From: Macrostomum hystrix
Lineage: Eukaryota > Animalia > Platyhelminthes
Reading direction: 5' to 3'
Assembly (NCBI GenBank): GCA_950097015.1
Contig: CATNEN010000038.1
Location: 14,818,001-14,882,000, forward strand
DNA: 64,000 nt
In this document: one piece after another, positions 14,298 through 27,297 of the stretch
Numbering within the stretch: the stretch's first letter is position 1
Layout: the number at the start of each line of letters is the position of its first letter
Position numbers and translations under genes: made by a program
Notes under the pieces: generated by a model
The model's input: the letters and a program-made list of their open reading frames with translations, nothing else
Databases searched by the model: none
What the model was told of the DNA's origin: nothing

Positions 14298-14601
14298 TTG
14301 CCCAGCTGCAATAGAAAAGCGAAATCAGCCTTCAAATTCCTATTGGCCAACGCGTGCCATGTTGCTGCTCGTTCTGGGGAGGCTAGCTGGACGAAATCAA
14401 AGTAAAAAAATAATTCTTTCGCTATAGGAGTTCGTTCAACCCAAAAAAACGATTGACTCATGCTGACAGGAATTCAGCGACCACTCTTAACAATAGTTAA
14501 CCACTAACCTGATCAACAAAAATATCACCGACCATAACATCGATGAGTGAGTATCTATCAAAGCCCTTTGGTAAGCAATTGACTCCTTTTGGCTTCCTTG
14601 T

Positions 14602-14982
14602 TAAACTAAGAGGTCACTGACCCCCTTACAGTAGCTACTGACTCCCAGGATAAACTAAGAGATCACTGACCCCTTTACAGTAGCTACTGACTCCCAGGAT
14701 AAACTAAGAGGTCACTGACCCCCTTACAGTAGCTACTGACTCCCAGGATAAACTAAGAGATCACTGACCCCTTTACAGTAGCTACTGACTCCCAGGATAA
14801 ACTAAGAGATCACTGACCCCTTTACAGTAGCTACTGACTCCCAGGATAAACTAAGAGGTCACTGACCCCTTTACAGTAGCTACTGACTCCCAGGATAAAC
14901 TAAGAGGTCACTGACCCCCTTACAGTAGCTACTGACTCCCAGGATAAAGTAATAGGTCATTGACCCCCTTACAGTAGCTATT
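14602..14982. repeat. 49-bp minisatellite, ~8 copies
   Basis: taaactaagaggtcactgacccccttacagtagctactgactcccagga repeated. Confidence 0.95.
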
Positions 14983-15559
14983 TACTACAAGAAAAAATAA
15001 TGTGTAAATAAACTAAGTAGGAAAAAGACGGACTTACAAACAAATTTACTTTATTTTACCACATTTCTTCCATTAGTCTAAAGTAAATAAAGACTATAAC
15101 TGAAAAATTATGTTCTTTAGCGTTTCTTAAAGATAATAACAACACTAGAAAACAGAGATTCAAAACACTAGCAAAAACATGAAATCTAAAACACAGACGC
15201 GAGTAGTTTGTTCCGGTGTGTCATTTTAGAAAATCAATAAAGTAAACTTAAATAAAAATGCAAAAAGAAAAGACCAGTTACCTTCAATAATTTTAGATAA
15301 AACTACATGAAAGATTATAATATAGCATGAATTCAAGACAGATGTAAAAGCATCATACTACTAACTAGTAGTAAATAGCAACCCATAATAACATATCAAA
15401 ACATGTGGACTCTGGCAGCCCTTGTTGATGCTTACCACTGACTAGGGGTACTTAGAACTAAAGAGGTGATTGACCACTTTACTTACCGCGTCACATTGGA
15501 CTACTAACAACAGTATAAAGAGGTCATTGACCTCCCATAGCAGATATCGACTTCACTGA

Positions 15560-17730
15560 TACACTGACAACAAAGTCCTCTTTGACCCCCCCCTAGTAGC
15601 TAATAACTTCCCTCACTGACAACATAGTCTTCATTGACCCCCCTAGTAGCTAATAACTCCCCTCACTGACAACAAACTCTTCATTGACCCCCCTAGTAGG
15701 TAATAACTCCCCTCACTGACAACATAGTCTTCACTGACCCCCTAGTAGCTAATAACTCCCCTCACTGACAACATAGTCTTCATTGACCCCCTAGTAGCTA
15801 ATAACTCCCCTCACTGACAACATAGTCTTCATTGACCCCCCTAGTAGCTAATAACTCCCCTCACTGACAACATAGTCTTCACTGACCCCCTAGTAGCTAA
15901 TAACTCCCCTCACTGACAACATAGTCTTCACTGACCCCCTAGTAGCTAATAACTCCCCTCACTGACAACATAGTCTTCACTGACCCCCTAGTAGCTAATA
16001 ACTCCCCTCACTGACAACATAGTCTTCATTGACCCCCCCTAGTAGCTAATAACTCCCCTCACTGACAACATAGTCTTCACTGACCCCCTAGTAGCTAATA
16101 ACTCCCCTCACTGACAACATAGTCTTCACTGACCCCCTAGTAGCTAATAACTCCCCTCACTGACAACATAGTCTTCATTGACCCCCCCTAGTAGCTAATA
16201 ACTCCCCTCACTGACAACAAACTCTTCATTGACCCCCCTAGTAGGTAATAACTCCCCTCACTGACAACATAGTCTTCACTGACCCCCTAGTAGCTAATAA
16301 CTCCCCTCACTGACAACATAGTCTTCATTGACCCCCTAGTAGCTAATAACTCCCCTCACTGACAACATAGTCTTCATTGACCCCCCCTAGTAGCTAATAA
16401 CTCCCCTCACTGACAACAAACTCTTCATTGACCCCCCTAGTAGGTAATAACTCCCCTCACTGACAACATAGTCTTCACTGACCCCCTAGTAGCTAATAAC
16501 TCCCCTCACTGACAACATAGTCTTCACTGACCCCCTAGTAGCTAATAACTCCCCTCACTGACAACATAGTCTTCACTGACCCCCTAGTAGCTAATAACTC
16601 CCCTCACTGACAACATAGTCTTCATTGACCCCCTAGTAGCTAATAACTCCCCTCACTGACAACATAGTCTTCACTGACCCCCTAGTAGCTAATAACTCCC
16701 CTCACTGACAACATAGTCTTCACTGACCCCCTAGTAGCTAATAACTCCCCTCACTGACAACATAGTCTTCACTGACCCCCTAGTAGCTAATAACTCCCCT
16801 CACTGACAACAAACTCTTCATTGACCCCCTAGTAGCTAATAAGTCCCCTCACTGACAACATAGTCTTCATTGACCCCCCTAGTAGGTAATAACTCCCCTC
16901 ACTGACAACATAGTCTTCATTGACCCCCCTAGTAGCTAATAACTCCCCTCACTGACAACATAGTCTTCATTGACCCCCCTAGTAGGTAATAACTCCCCTC
17001 ACTGACAACATAGTCTTCATTGACCCCCCCTAGTAGCTAATAACTCCCCTCACTGACAACATAGTCTTCATTGACCCCCCCTAGTAGCTAATAACTCCCC
17101 TCACTGACAACAAACTCTTCATTGACCCCCCTAGTAGGTAATAACTCCCCTCACTGACAACATAGTCTTCATTGACCCCCTAGTAGCTAATAACTCCCCT
17201 CACTGACAACATAGTCTTCATTGACCCCCCTAGTAGCTAATAACTCCCCTCACTGACAACAAACTCTTCATTGACCCCCCTAGTAGGTAATAACTCCCCT
17301 CACTGACAGCATAGTCTTCATTGACCCCCCTAGTAGGTAATAACTCCCCTCACTGACAGCATAGTCTTCATTGACCCCCTAGTAGCTAATAACTCCCCTC
17401 ACTGACAACAAACTCTTCATTGACCCCCCTAGTAGGTAATGACTCCCCTCACTGACAGCATAGTCTTCATTGACCCCCCTAGTAGGTAATAACTCCCCTC
17501 ACTGACAACAAAGTCCTGATTGACCCCCCTAGAAGCTAATAACTCCCCTCACTGACAACATAGTCTTCATTGACCCCCCTAGTAGCTAATAACTCCCCCC
17601 ACTGACAACAAAGTCCTCATTGACCCCCCTAGTAGCTAATAACTCCCCTCACTGACAACATAGTCTTCATTGACCCCCTAGTAGCTAATAACTCCCCTCA
17701 CTGACAACAAACTCTTCATTGACCCCCCTA
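15560..17730. repeat. ~50-52-bp satellite array, ~40 copies
   Basis: ctcactgacaacatagtcttcaytgaccccctagtagctaataactcccc with variable C-run. Confidence 0.95.
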
Positions 17731-18212
17731 ATAAATATCCTGTTGACTCAAATAGGTCATTAACCCACCAGCCTGATAAACTGTGGTGACTTTTATATGC
17801 AAAACAGCAGTATGCAGAAACTAATGGCTTTGAAAAGCAGCTTATACTCTGAAATACTAGAATCAAAAGTATTCCACAGCATACATAACAAAAAACAGCA
17901 TTCATTACTCATAAAGCTTTGGCACGATGAAATTGGTTGTTCATTGTTACAAGGATCATGTGTCATGTTTTGTTGAAAAAAAAAACACCAGCAAAATGAA
18001 AGAAACAAAAGAGAATTACGGGTATAATGCTAAAACAATGACTTCAACAGCAAGGGAAGACAGCTCAAATGGGAAATAAAACTAATGATAAACACTTCTA
18101 AACTACAATTGTCCCGTCACCCAACCGTGTTTCAAAATCGATAAAAACTAACAAAAGAAACCCTGGACAACAGGACAAACTACTAACAGTAGTAGTCATT
18201 TTATTTTCAATA

Positions 18213-21200
18213 TTAAAATTCGTCGTGTCCAAATTGAAACTGCGCACCGAAACTGCCGCCGCCGCCGCCGCCATTGATGACAATCCTACGCCAACCGTCG
18301 CCATCATCGCCATCGTCGTCGTTATTATTAAACTGATTGTCGTGATAGGCGTAGAATACTCTAGCTTTTTTGAGCTTGCCAGTAAAGTGCATATTAACAG
18401 CTGAATCTAGATTGTAGACCGATTGGCCAGTTAGATGTTTGAGGACCTAGATTTATTGCGATTAGAAAAATTACAGGTGTACAGGTGAGATTATTGAAAT
18501 AACTATATATATTTGAAGTGAACATCATTCAAGCTAGTTTTATTTACCTTTCCATTCTTAAATAGGGCAACGGACGGCATGGTTTGAATGCCGTTGCTAA
18601 CGCACAGATCCTGATAGGCGTCGCAATCCAATTTGCCAAAGTTGGCCTGCAAGCTGAGGCTCTGTAAGGAGACGAGAGCCAGTAAACTCAGACGAAGCGC
18701 CCAAACCTGCTGAATCCGGCGTGATAGACTCATCTATCCTCAGCATTACTTCTCTCCCGTCTAAACCCTTATCAACCTTATTTCTCCCGTCAACTCTTTC
18801 CTCCGCTTTTTCTCCCCCTTCTTATCTCTCCTGCGTCTAATTTATCCTATGTTTTAACAATCTCATGTCTCATCTATCTCATGTCTCATCTATCTCGTGT
18901 CTCATCTATCTCATGTCTTATCTATCTCGTGTCTCATCAGTCTCATGTCTGATCTTTCTCGAGTCGCATTATCTCGTGTCTCATCAATCTTATGTCGCAT
19001 CATCTCGTGTCTCATCAATCTCGTATCAAATATTTCTCGTGTCTCATCAATCTTATGTCGCATCATCTCGTGTCTTATCAATCTTATGTCGCATCATCTC
19101 GTGTCTCATCAATCTCGTGTCTCATCAATCTTATGTCTAGTCTATATCGTGTCCCATGTATGCCGTGTCTTATCAAATCCGTGTCGCAACATATCGTGTC
19201 TCATCAATCTCGTGTCTCATCTATCTCGTGTCTCATCTATCTCGTGTCTCATCTATCTTATGTCGCATCATTTCGTGTCTCATCAATCTCGTATCACATA
19301 TTTCTCTTGTCTCATCAATCTTATGTCTCATCAATCTCGTATCACATATTTCTCGTGTCTCATCAATCTTATGTCTCATCAATCTCGTATCACATATTTC
19401 TCGTGTCTCATCAATCTTATGTCTCATCAATCTCGTGTCTCATCTATCTCGTGTCTCATCTATCTCGTGTCTCATCTATCTCGTGTCTCATCTATCTCGT
19501 GTCTTATCTATCTCGTGTCTCACCAATCTCATGTCTGATCTTTCTCGAGTCGCATTATTTCGTGTCTCATCAATCTTATGTCTCGTCTATATCGTGTCTC
19601 ATCTATGCCGTGTCTTATCAAATCCGTGTCGCAACATCTCGAGTCTCATTTATCGAACGTCTTAGCCATATCATACTGTTCAATGTAAAAAATAAACTTA
19701 CGCTAGCTAAAGACTTGAAGGTTGGCGCAAACGCCTGACACGGTCCGCACCAGTCGGCGTAAAAGTACACAACCCACGGCTCGTCCGATGCGATTTCCGA
19801 TTGAAAATTGGCCCGACTGAATCTTAGAACTGATTGTGGCGCGAAACTCTCCAACCAGCTGGCGATGGACTCGCTGTTCCGAAACGGACTGTTGTAGTCG
19901 CTGCGAGATGAGAAGGGTCATTAGGTTATGGTATTGCGTCATGTGTGCTTTCATCATGAAAATTATAATGCGTCGGGTAGCCATGCATGAAGGACGAGAT
20001 ACAATGCCTAATAGATAAGATAGGATTCCTGAAGGATCCAAGATGCGCTGAAGGATGGTAGAAGATGCCCTGAAGGACGGTAGAGGATGTCCTTGAGAAT
20101 GGTAGAAGATGTCCTGAAGGATGGTAGAATATGTCCTGAAGGATGGTAGAGGATGTCCTGAAGAATGGTAGAAGATGTCCTGAAGAATGGTAGAAGATGT
20201 CCAGAAGGATGGTAGAATATGTCCTGAAGGATGGTAGAGGATGTCCTGAAGAATGGTAGAAGATGTCCTGAAGAATGGTAGAAGATGTCCTGAAGGATGG
20301 TAGAATATGTCCTGAAGGATGGTAGAGGATGTCCTGAAGAATGGTAGAAGATGCCCTGAAGGATGATAGAAGATGCCCTGAAGGATGGAAGATGTCCTGA
20401 AGAATAGTAGAAAATGTCCTGAAGGATGGTAGAAGATGCCCTGAAGGATGGTAGAAGATGCCCTGAAGAATGGTAGAAGATGTCCTGAAGAATGGTAGAA
20501 GATGCCCTGAAGGATGGAAGATGTCCTGAAGAATAGTAGAAACTGTCCTGAAGGATGGTAGAAGATGCCCTGAAGGATGGTAGAAGATGCCCTGAAGGAT
20601 GGTAGAAGATGCCCTGGAGAATGGTAGAAGATGCCCTGAAGGATGGTAGAAGATGTCCTGGAGAATGGTAGAAGATGCCCTGAAGAATGGTAGAAGATGT
20701 CCTGAAGGATGGTAGAAGATGCCCTGAAGGATGGCAGAAGATGCCATGAAGGATGGAAGATGCACTGAGAGATGGCTTAAAAGACGAAATATTAAGAAAG
20801 CCTCAGAGAAAAACACAAGATAAACACTAACAAGTAGTCAGAAGGCCCAGTCTTGTCCGCTGGATAGGCTCGAATAGTTGGATAAGATCTAATGCCCTGT
20901 TCGTTGCACAGGCTGCGGTGGGTAACACAGTCGACGGCGCCGATGCGGATTTGACTGTGACCTTCAAAGTTCTGAAAATTTGAAATGTTAAATATGTCCT
21001 GATTAACTCGTAATTAACAGAAGAAAGTATTTTTGTAAAAACAAACATTCTTTTCTATAAAGAAATGAATTCCGGTACAGCATTTGAAACCTAGGTAGAA
21101 TATATATAAAACGTCGATAAAAAATGTGTAAATTTGGTAGCTAGAATAGAAGAAATTTCGGTAGAATATATGAAATTTCGGTAGGTATACAAAATTTCGG

Positions 21201-24200
21201 TAGAATATAAGAAATGTCGGTAAAATATCTGAAATTTCGATAAAATATCTGAAATTTCGGTAAAATATCTGAAATTTCGATAAAATATATGAAATTTCGG
21301 TAAAATATCTGAAATGTCGGTAAAATATCTGAAATTTCGATAAAATATCTGAAATTTCGGTAAAATATCTGAAATTTCGATAAAATATATGAAATTTCGG
21401 TAAAATATCTGAAATTTCGGTAAAATATCTGAAATTTCGATAAAATATATGAAATTTCGGTAAAATATATGAAATTTCGGTAAAATATATGAAATTTCGG
21501 TAGGTATGTGAAATTTCGGTAGGTAAATTAAATTTCGGTAAAATATATGAATGATATTATACTATAGAACACCAACCTTAGCCAGGGCATTAAGTTCCGG
21601 CATGAACTCCACGCAAGGTTGACAATTAACCGAATGATAATAAACTAGCCAGACGTGCTGTCGTTTGTTGCCAAGCACTGTACTTTTCAAACTATCCGGA
21701 TTAAAGTACACAGCTGTTGGTTTAACAAAAGCTTCAACGAAGGCCAACATTTGGTGGGCAAATTTTGAGCCGCGAAATTTGACACGTTTCGACGAGCTCA
21801 GAAATAGCAACAGTGACGGATAGCTATTGATTGACAATCGATTGCACAGGCCTTTATCGATTGTGCAATCGACGGCGCCGAATCGAACTCGCGCACCGGC
21901 CGGCAGTCCGGCACCTAATTCGGTCTCGTAGAGTCTGGCCGCTTCGCGCATCTGCGGCAGCGCTTTCATGCACGGCGGGCACCACTGCAAAGATGGGTTT
22001 AGTAGAAAAATATCTACACATACCTACTACTCTACTGTTAGTAGATATACAAAGTAAACATGTGGTTATTTGAATACAGAATGCGGCAGAATATGAAATT
22101 CTGAGTGTTGTAGCCTAGTGTTTAGAGCAGGGGTCGGCAACCTTATATACCCCGCGGGCTAAAGAGAGAATCTTAAAGACGACGGCGGCCCGCATGAAGA
22201 AAGGAGACATGTGACACAGGATGAGATCAGACAGGTAAGAGATGAGACAGGTGAGAGATGAGACGGGGGAGCTAAGACGCAAGAGAGATGAGACAGGGGA
22301 GAGATGAGACAGGGGAGAGTTGAGACAGGGGAGAGATGAGACAGGGGAGAGATGAGACAGGGGAGAGATGAGACACGGGAGAGATGAGACGGGGGAGATA
22401 AGACGCAAGAGAGATGAGACGGGGGAGAGATGAGACAGGGGAGAGATGAGACACGGAAGAGATGAGACAGGGGAGAGATGAGACAGGGGAGAGATGAGAC
22501 ACGGGAGAGATGAGACAGGGGAGAGATGATACAGGGGAGAGATGAGACAGGGGAGAGATGAGACAGGGGAGAGATGAGACAGGGGAGAGATGAGACAGGG
22601 GAGAGATGAGACAGGGGAGAGATGAGACAGGGGAGAGATGAGACAGGGGAGAGATGAGACAGGGGAGAGATAAGATGTGTGTACTGTAGAGTAGGTGTTA
22701 GGAGGAGGTAAGGGCCGGATTTGGGAGCTTCGAGGGTCGCATCTGGCCCGCGGGCTGGAGGTTGCCGACCCCTGGTTTAGAACGTCGGACTTACGATTTT
22801 AAGGTCGAGGGTTCGATTCCGGACTCTATTGGAACAATTCGTGTCTTTTAGCAAGGCACTTAAATCTGCATTTGTGCGGTCCATGGGGGTAATTGAGGGG
22901 TATGGCGTCCCCCCCAGTCCATGGACCGAACAGGACCCTAATTGTACCTCGCCTCGTCTACTAAAACGTCAGTTTCTACAACAATCTAAATGATACCGCT
23001 CAAATATCATGAGCTCAAAAGAGCTGATTTAACAAAATTCTACTCACCGGAGCAAAGAAGTCCACAAACCAGTAGGTACCCTTGGGCGCGTTGTCGATTA
23101 GAGTGGCGAATGTATCCGTAGTCAGGGAGGTCATCGGATTTGCTATGGCGGCTAATGCGAACTCTTTGATGTCCATGTAGTGAACTTGGCCTGTTGTGCA
23201 TGCGTTTGTATACAATGTTTTTAACATTTAAACTGCGTGATACCCAATCATTTACTGTTTTTAAAGCTGTTTGACCTATAGGTTGAACTATTGCTATTGG
23301 CTGAATATATAAACATTTTTATATAATTGAAACAATTGCTGCTTACCATAATATATCTCAAAGTCTCCAGTTCTTTTAATGAGCACAGCATTCGGCTGGT
23401 GTGTCTGTTGCTTATTTCGACTCTTAATAATAGGCAACCTTTGGCATAGGCTGCGGATTGACGAGTCTTCGGAGCTGCCGCAGACTAGACGAACAACGCG
23501 AACTTTGTGCGGCTGGAGCAGCGGCTTCAGACGCTTCAGCTGGGCATCGGCATTGGAAGTAGACGAAGCAATGTCGTCTTCGAGTAGGAGGAGGTGCGCC
23601 TGACGCAGAGAGCCACTCTGAAAACATTCAGAAGATTGCATTGCAAATCAGAGTCAGTGAACATCTAAATCTAGTTTTGAGAATCTCACACTTTGACAAT
23701 GAACATCTAAATCTAGTTTTGAGAATCTCACACCTTGACAATGGACATCTAAATCTAGTTTTGAGAATCTCACACTTTGACAATGGACATCTAAATATAG
23801 TTTTGAGAATCTCACACCTTGACAATGGACATCTAAATCTAGTTTTGAGAATCTCACACCTTGACAATGAACATCTAAATCTAGTTTTGAGAATCTCACA
23901 CTTTGACAATGGACATCTAAATCTAGTTTTGAGAATCTCACACCTTGACAATGGACATCTAAATCTAGTTTTGAGAATCTCACACCTTGACAATGGACAT
24001 CTAAATCTAGTTTTGAGAATCTCACACCTTGACAATGGACATCTAAATATAGTTTTGAGAATCTCACACCTTGACAATGGACATCTAAATATAGTTTTGA
24101 GAATCTCACACCTTAACAATGGACATCTAAATATAGTTTTGAGAATCTCACACTTTGACAATGGACATCTAAATATAGTTTTGAGAATCTCACACTTTGA

Positions 24201-27200
24201 CAATGGACATCTAAATCTAGTTTTGAGAATCTCACACCTTGACAATGAACATCTAAATCTAGTTTTGAGAATCTCACACTTTGACAATGGACATCTAAAT
24301 CTAGTTTTGAGAATCTCACACCTTGACAATGGACATCTAAATCTAGTTTTGAGAATCTCACACTTTGACAATGGACATCTAAATATAGTTTTGAGAATCT
24401 CACACCTTGACAATGGACATCTAAATCTAGTTTTGAGAATCTCACACCTTGACAATGAACATCTAAATCTAGTTTTGAGAATCTCACACTTTGACAATGG
24501 ACATCTAAATCTAGTTTTGAGAATCTCACACCTTGACAATGGACATCTAAATCTAGTTTTGAGAATCTCACACCTTGACAATGGACATCTAAATCTAGTT
24601 TTGAGAATCTCACACCTTGACAATGGACATCTAAATATAGTTTTGAGAATCTCACACCTTGACAATGGACATCTAAATATAGTTTTGAGAATCTCACACC
24701 TTGACAATGGACATCTAAATATAGTTTTGAGAATCTCACACTTTGACAATGGACATCTAAATATAGTTTTGAGAATCTCACACTTTGACAATGGACATCT
24801 AAATCTAGTTTTGAGAATCTCACACCTTGACAATGAACATCTAAATCTAGTTTTGAGAATCTCACACTTTGACAATGGACATCTAAATATAGTTTTGAGA
24901 ATCTCACACCTTGACAATGAACATCTAAATCTAGTTTTGAGAATCTCACACTTTGACAATGGACACAGTTTTTATGATCTCGCACCTGAGATCAGAAATC
25001 TATTTTTAGCTGTTATCTGACACTCGACAGCGCAAACCCCATTCCCCATAAAATGGACACCCGAGAAACCGATGAGATAATCCTCACCTCAAAAACGGCT
25101 TGGCTCAGCCTGTTGGCCGTTTCTGTTTCAACAGCCGGCAAGGGCGGCAGGAGGCGCAGCACGCCGCGCACAGTCTCCTGGGTGTGCAATGAAGTCACGG
25201 CTAGCCCGGCATGGCCCAGAGCCTCCAGATTGTCAGCGCCGGCGCTGGCATTAACAAACAGTCGGCTGGACGGAGAATCTACCGAGGAAGCGGCCGGATT
25301 CAAGCGTCGACAAAGATTTGGCTCCTCGCCGCAATCAACTCTAGCGACACCAACGTAGCCGTTAAATACGAAGGCCAACTTTTTTAGCGTCCTCTGACTA
25401 AAACAGTCGACACCCCGGCCGCAGAAAGTCAGCAGCCAGTGAGCCGGACTGGCGGCGTCAGACAATCGCTTGACGATGTTGGCTTCGGTTAGTTCAACGT
25501 GGCTAGCGCTGATTCGACGCAGAGCGGCGTCCAATAGAGACTCTTTGCTCAGCGGTCCGGTGTACATATAGTGACCCTGCAATATTGCAGTTGCTATGAA
25601 CTGTAAGCTTGGTAGCTTCTTCTAAACCGGGATGTCGTCGGGAGTTCGAATTTTAGCACCGAGGGAAACAACCAGACATGAAGGGGGCGAGTGGGTCAGC
25701 GGCTAACGTCGCTGCCTCGCACTCCAAAGGACGCTAGTTCGATTCACCCTTCAAGTCACGGTTAATTTCGGGACTTGTTGGGGGGTTTGGACAGTAGCGA
25801 CCGGCGGAGGTGCACCATATTTCGTGCAATCAAAGCTTGAAATAATAGCTTCGCTCCTACCTTCTGTGTGCCTGTTCTGCGTTGTGTGAGTTGTGTGCGT
25901 TGGCGCTGGGGCGTGAGACCTTGCGGGGGGTGGCTGGAGGGCGGGTGTACACCGCCGCGCGCTTTCTGGATTTCCGTCAGCGCGATTGGATAAGTGTACA
26001 CTCACCACCCGGCCCCCCCTGAGGACTGATTTCTTATCAGCCTTCCGCCCCCCCGGCTTGGTCTGCTCTGTGCGTGTGGGGCTGGTGTGGGGGACACTGC
26101 TGCCTATTCTGGGTGCCTCCTGCCCTCCCCGGCTGGTCTGTGCTGCTGTGGTGCCTGCTCAGGGGAGGCGGCGCGATGGGCGCTAAGCGCCTAGTTCGCC
26201 GGTCTGGGGGCGTGCCGCTCCGTCGCTTGTGCGACAAGTGCCCCGGGCCCCCCTGCAAATAGATAGATAGAGAACCAGACATGAAATTCGAGATTGAATG
26301 CTTTTTTCACTCAATAATCAATCATGACGGCACAAGTTTACAAAGATAATTAAATTTTTCCTACCGGATAAAAGAATAACACTGGCGGCTCTACGTTTCG
26401 CAACTCCGGTATGTTCTCACACAGGTAGCCAGCCTCCTGGCAGTCGATCGCGCCAACTCGGATGACGTCTTCCAATTCGTGTCCAACCTCACGCCACTGT
26501 TAGTTCACGTTTGGTGCAACAAAATCAATTGCAAAACAATGCTACTTTTAGGTAGAAAGATTTGCTTGGATAAAATTTTCTTAAAGCTTTAGAAGCACCG
26601 TAACAGCAAGGGCACCAGTAAAAATAACAAAAGGCATGAACCCAACGAACCCAAGAGTCAAGACGATCTGGTGTTACAGGTATCAACCAAACCCAAGAAG
26701 ATCTGGTAGTTCAGGTTTCTAATTTAAATTGATCTAATCGGATCTGAACTCACCAGTTGAGCATACTTCTCGCTCCGCGACACATGCGAAGCATAGAAGT
26801 TAATAAACCAAATCTGTCCATCACCAGAGCTTCTACTGATTTCCTCGTATCTTTCTGGTGTCAGTTTGACAATCTGCAGATCGTCGGCGAACATTCCGCT
26901 AGATTTATCACCGTGCGCCCGCTCAAACTGCTGGCCCTCCTCTTCGTGAGCTTTTAAGCCGGCCTCGCCAAACCTGTCATAGCGTTCACGCAATTCCGGA
27001 CTCTTTAACACCTCGTAGGCCCGGTTTATGCGCATAAACAGAGTGTTGGCATTTGGATCGGCTTTATTACGATCTGGATGCTTCTCTAAAACTAGTTTTT
27101 TAAAAGCGCGCTTTATCTGTGCCGCATTGGCTGTGCTAGCGACGCCTAGCAGGCTATAATAATCATCGCTTGAGGCTGTAGAAGGGCCAGCATTTAGCAA

Positions 27201-27275
27201 CACTAGCAGCAGTGGCAGCGAAGCAGATAACAATAGTGCTAAAAGCAACGGATTTGCGCCATTTGACAACATCAT
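18213..27275 (-). CDS. DNAJC10: ERdj5 (DnaJ + thioredoxin domains), multi-exon
   Basis: Signal peptide and J domain with HPD (27275-~26755); Trx exons WFVDFFAP|WCPPC, NCQPC and WCGPC; last exon ends GHDEF* (ER-retrieval-like) with TAA at 18213. Confidence 0.9.
18860..19640. repeat. Degenerate tctcatc(a/t)atctcgtg intronic repeat
   Basis: Mixed short-period units; produces the spurious SHLSRVSSISCL ORFs. Confidence 0.85.
20030..20762. repeat. 22-bp intronic minisatellite (tcctgaaggatggtagaagatg)
   Basis: Tandem array. Confidence 0.9.
21150..21550. repeat. 20-bp intronic minisatellite (gaaatttcggtaaaatatct)
   Basis: Tandem array. Confidence 0.9.
22106..22935 (+). mobile_element. tRNA-derived SINE (family A) interrupted in its A-box region by a hAT MITE
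   Basis: gttgtagcctagtg[MITE]...cgtcggacttacgattttaaggtcgagggttcgattcc (A/B boxes) then agcaaggcacttaa body. Confidence 0.75.
22128..22774. mobile_element. hAT-type MITE with internal 19-bp minisatellite
   Basis: TIR caggggtcggcaacc / ggttgccgacccctg; TSD gtttagag / gtttagaa (7 of 8 match). Confidence 0.85.
23660..24965. repeat. 42-bp intronic minisatellite, ~31 copies
   Basis: gacaatggacatctaaatctagttttgagaatctcacacctt; fills a DNAJC10 intron. Confidence 0.95.
25683..26272 (+). mobile_element. Putative long tRNA-headed SINE (family C) with GC-rich body and (ATAG)n tail
   Basis: ggggcgagtgggtcagcggctaacg...agttcgattc head; GC-rich body in an AT-rich intron; ends aaatagatagatag. Confidence 0.5.
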
Positions 27276-27297
27276 TGCTGCAATATGATTATGATAG

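Noticed and set aside
14602-17730. CRISPR-like regular arrays
   Set aside because: No unique spacers, no cas genes, eukaryotic context
18865-20816. Multiple Ser/Cys/His-rich ORFs
   Set aside because: Translations of intronic tandem repeats
23628-25020. Long repetitive ORFs of 443, 459 and 290 aa
   Set aside because: Artefacts of a 42-bp intronic minisatellite inside DNAJC10
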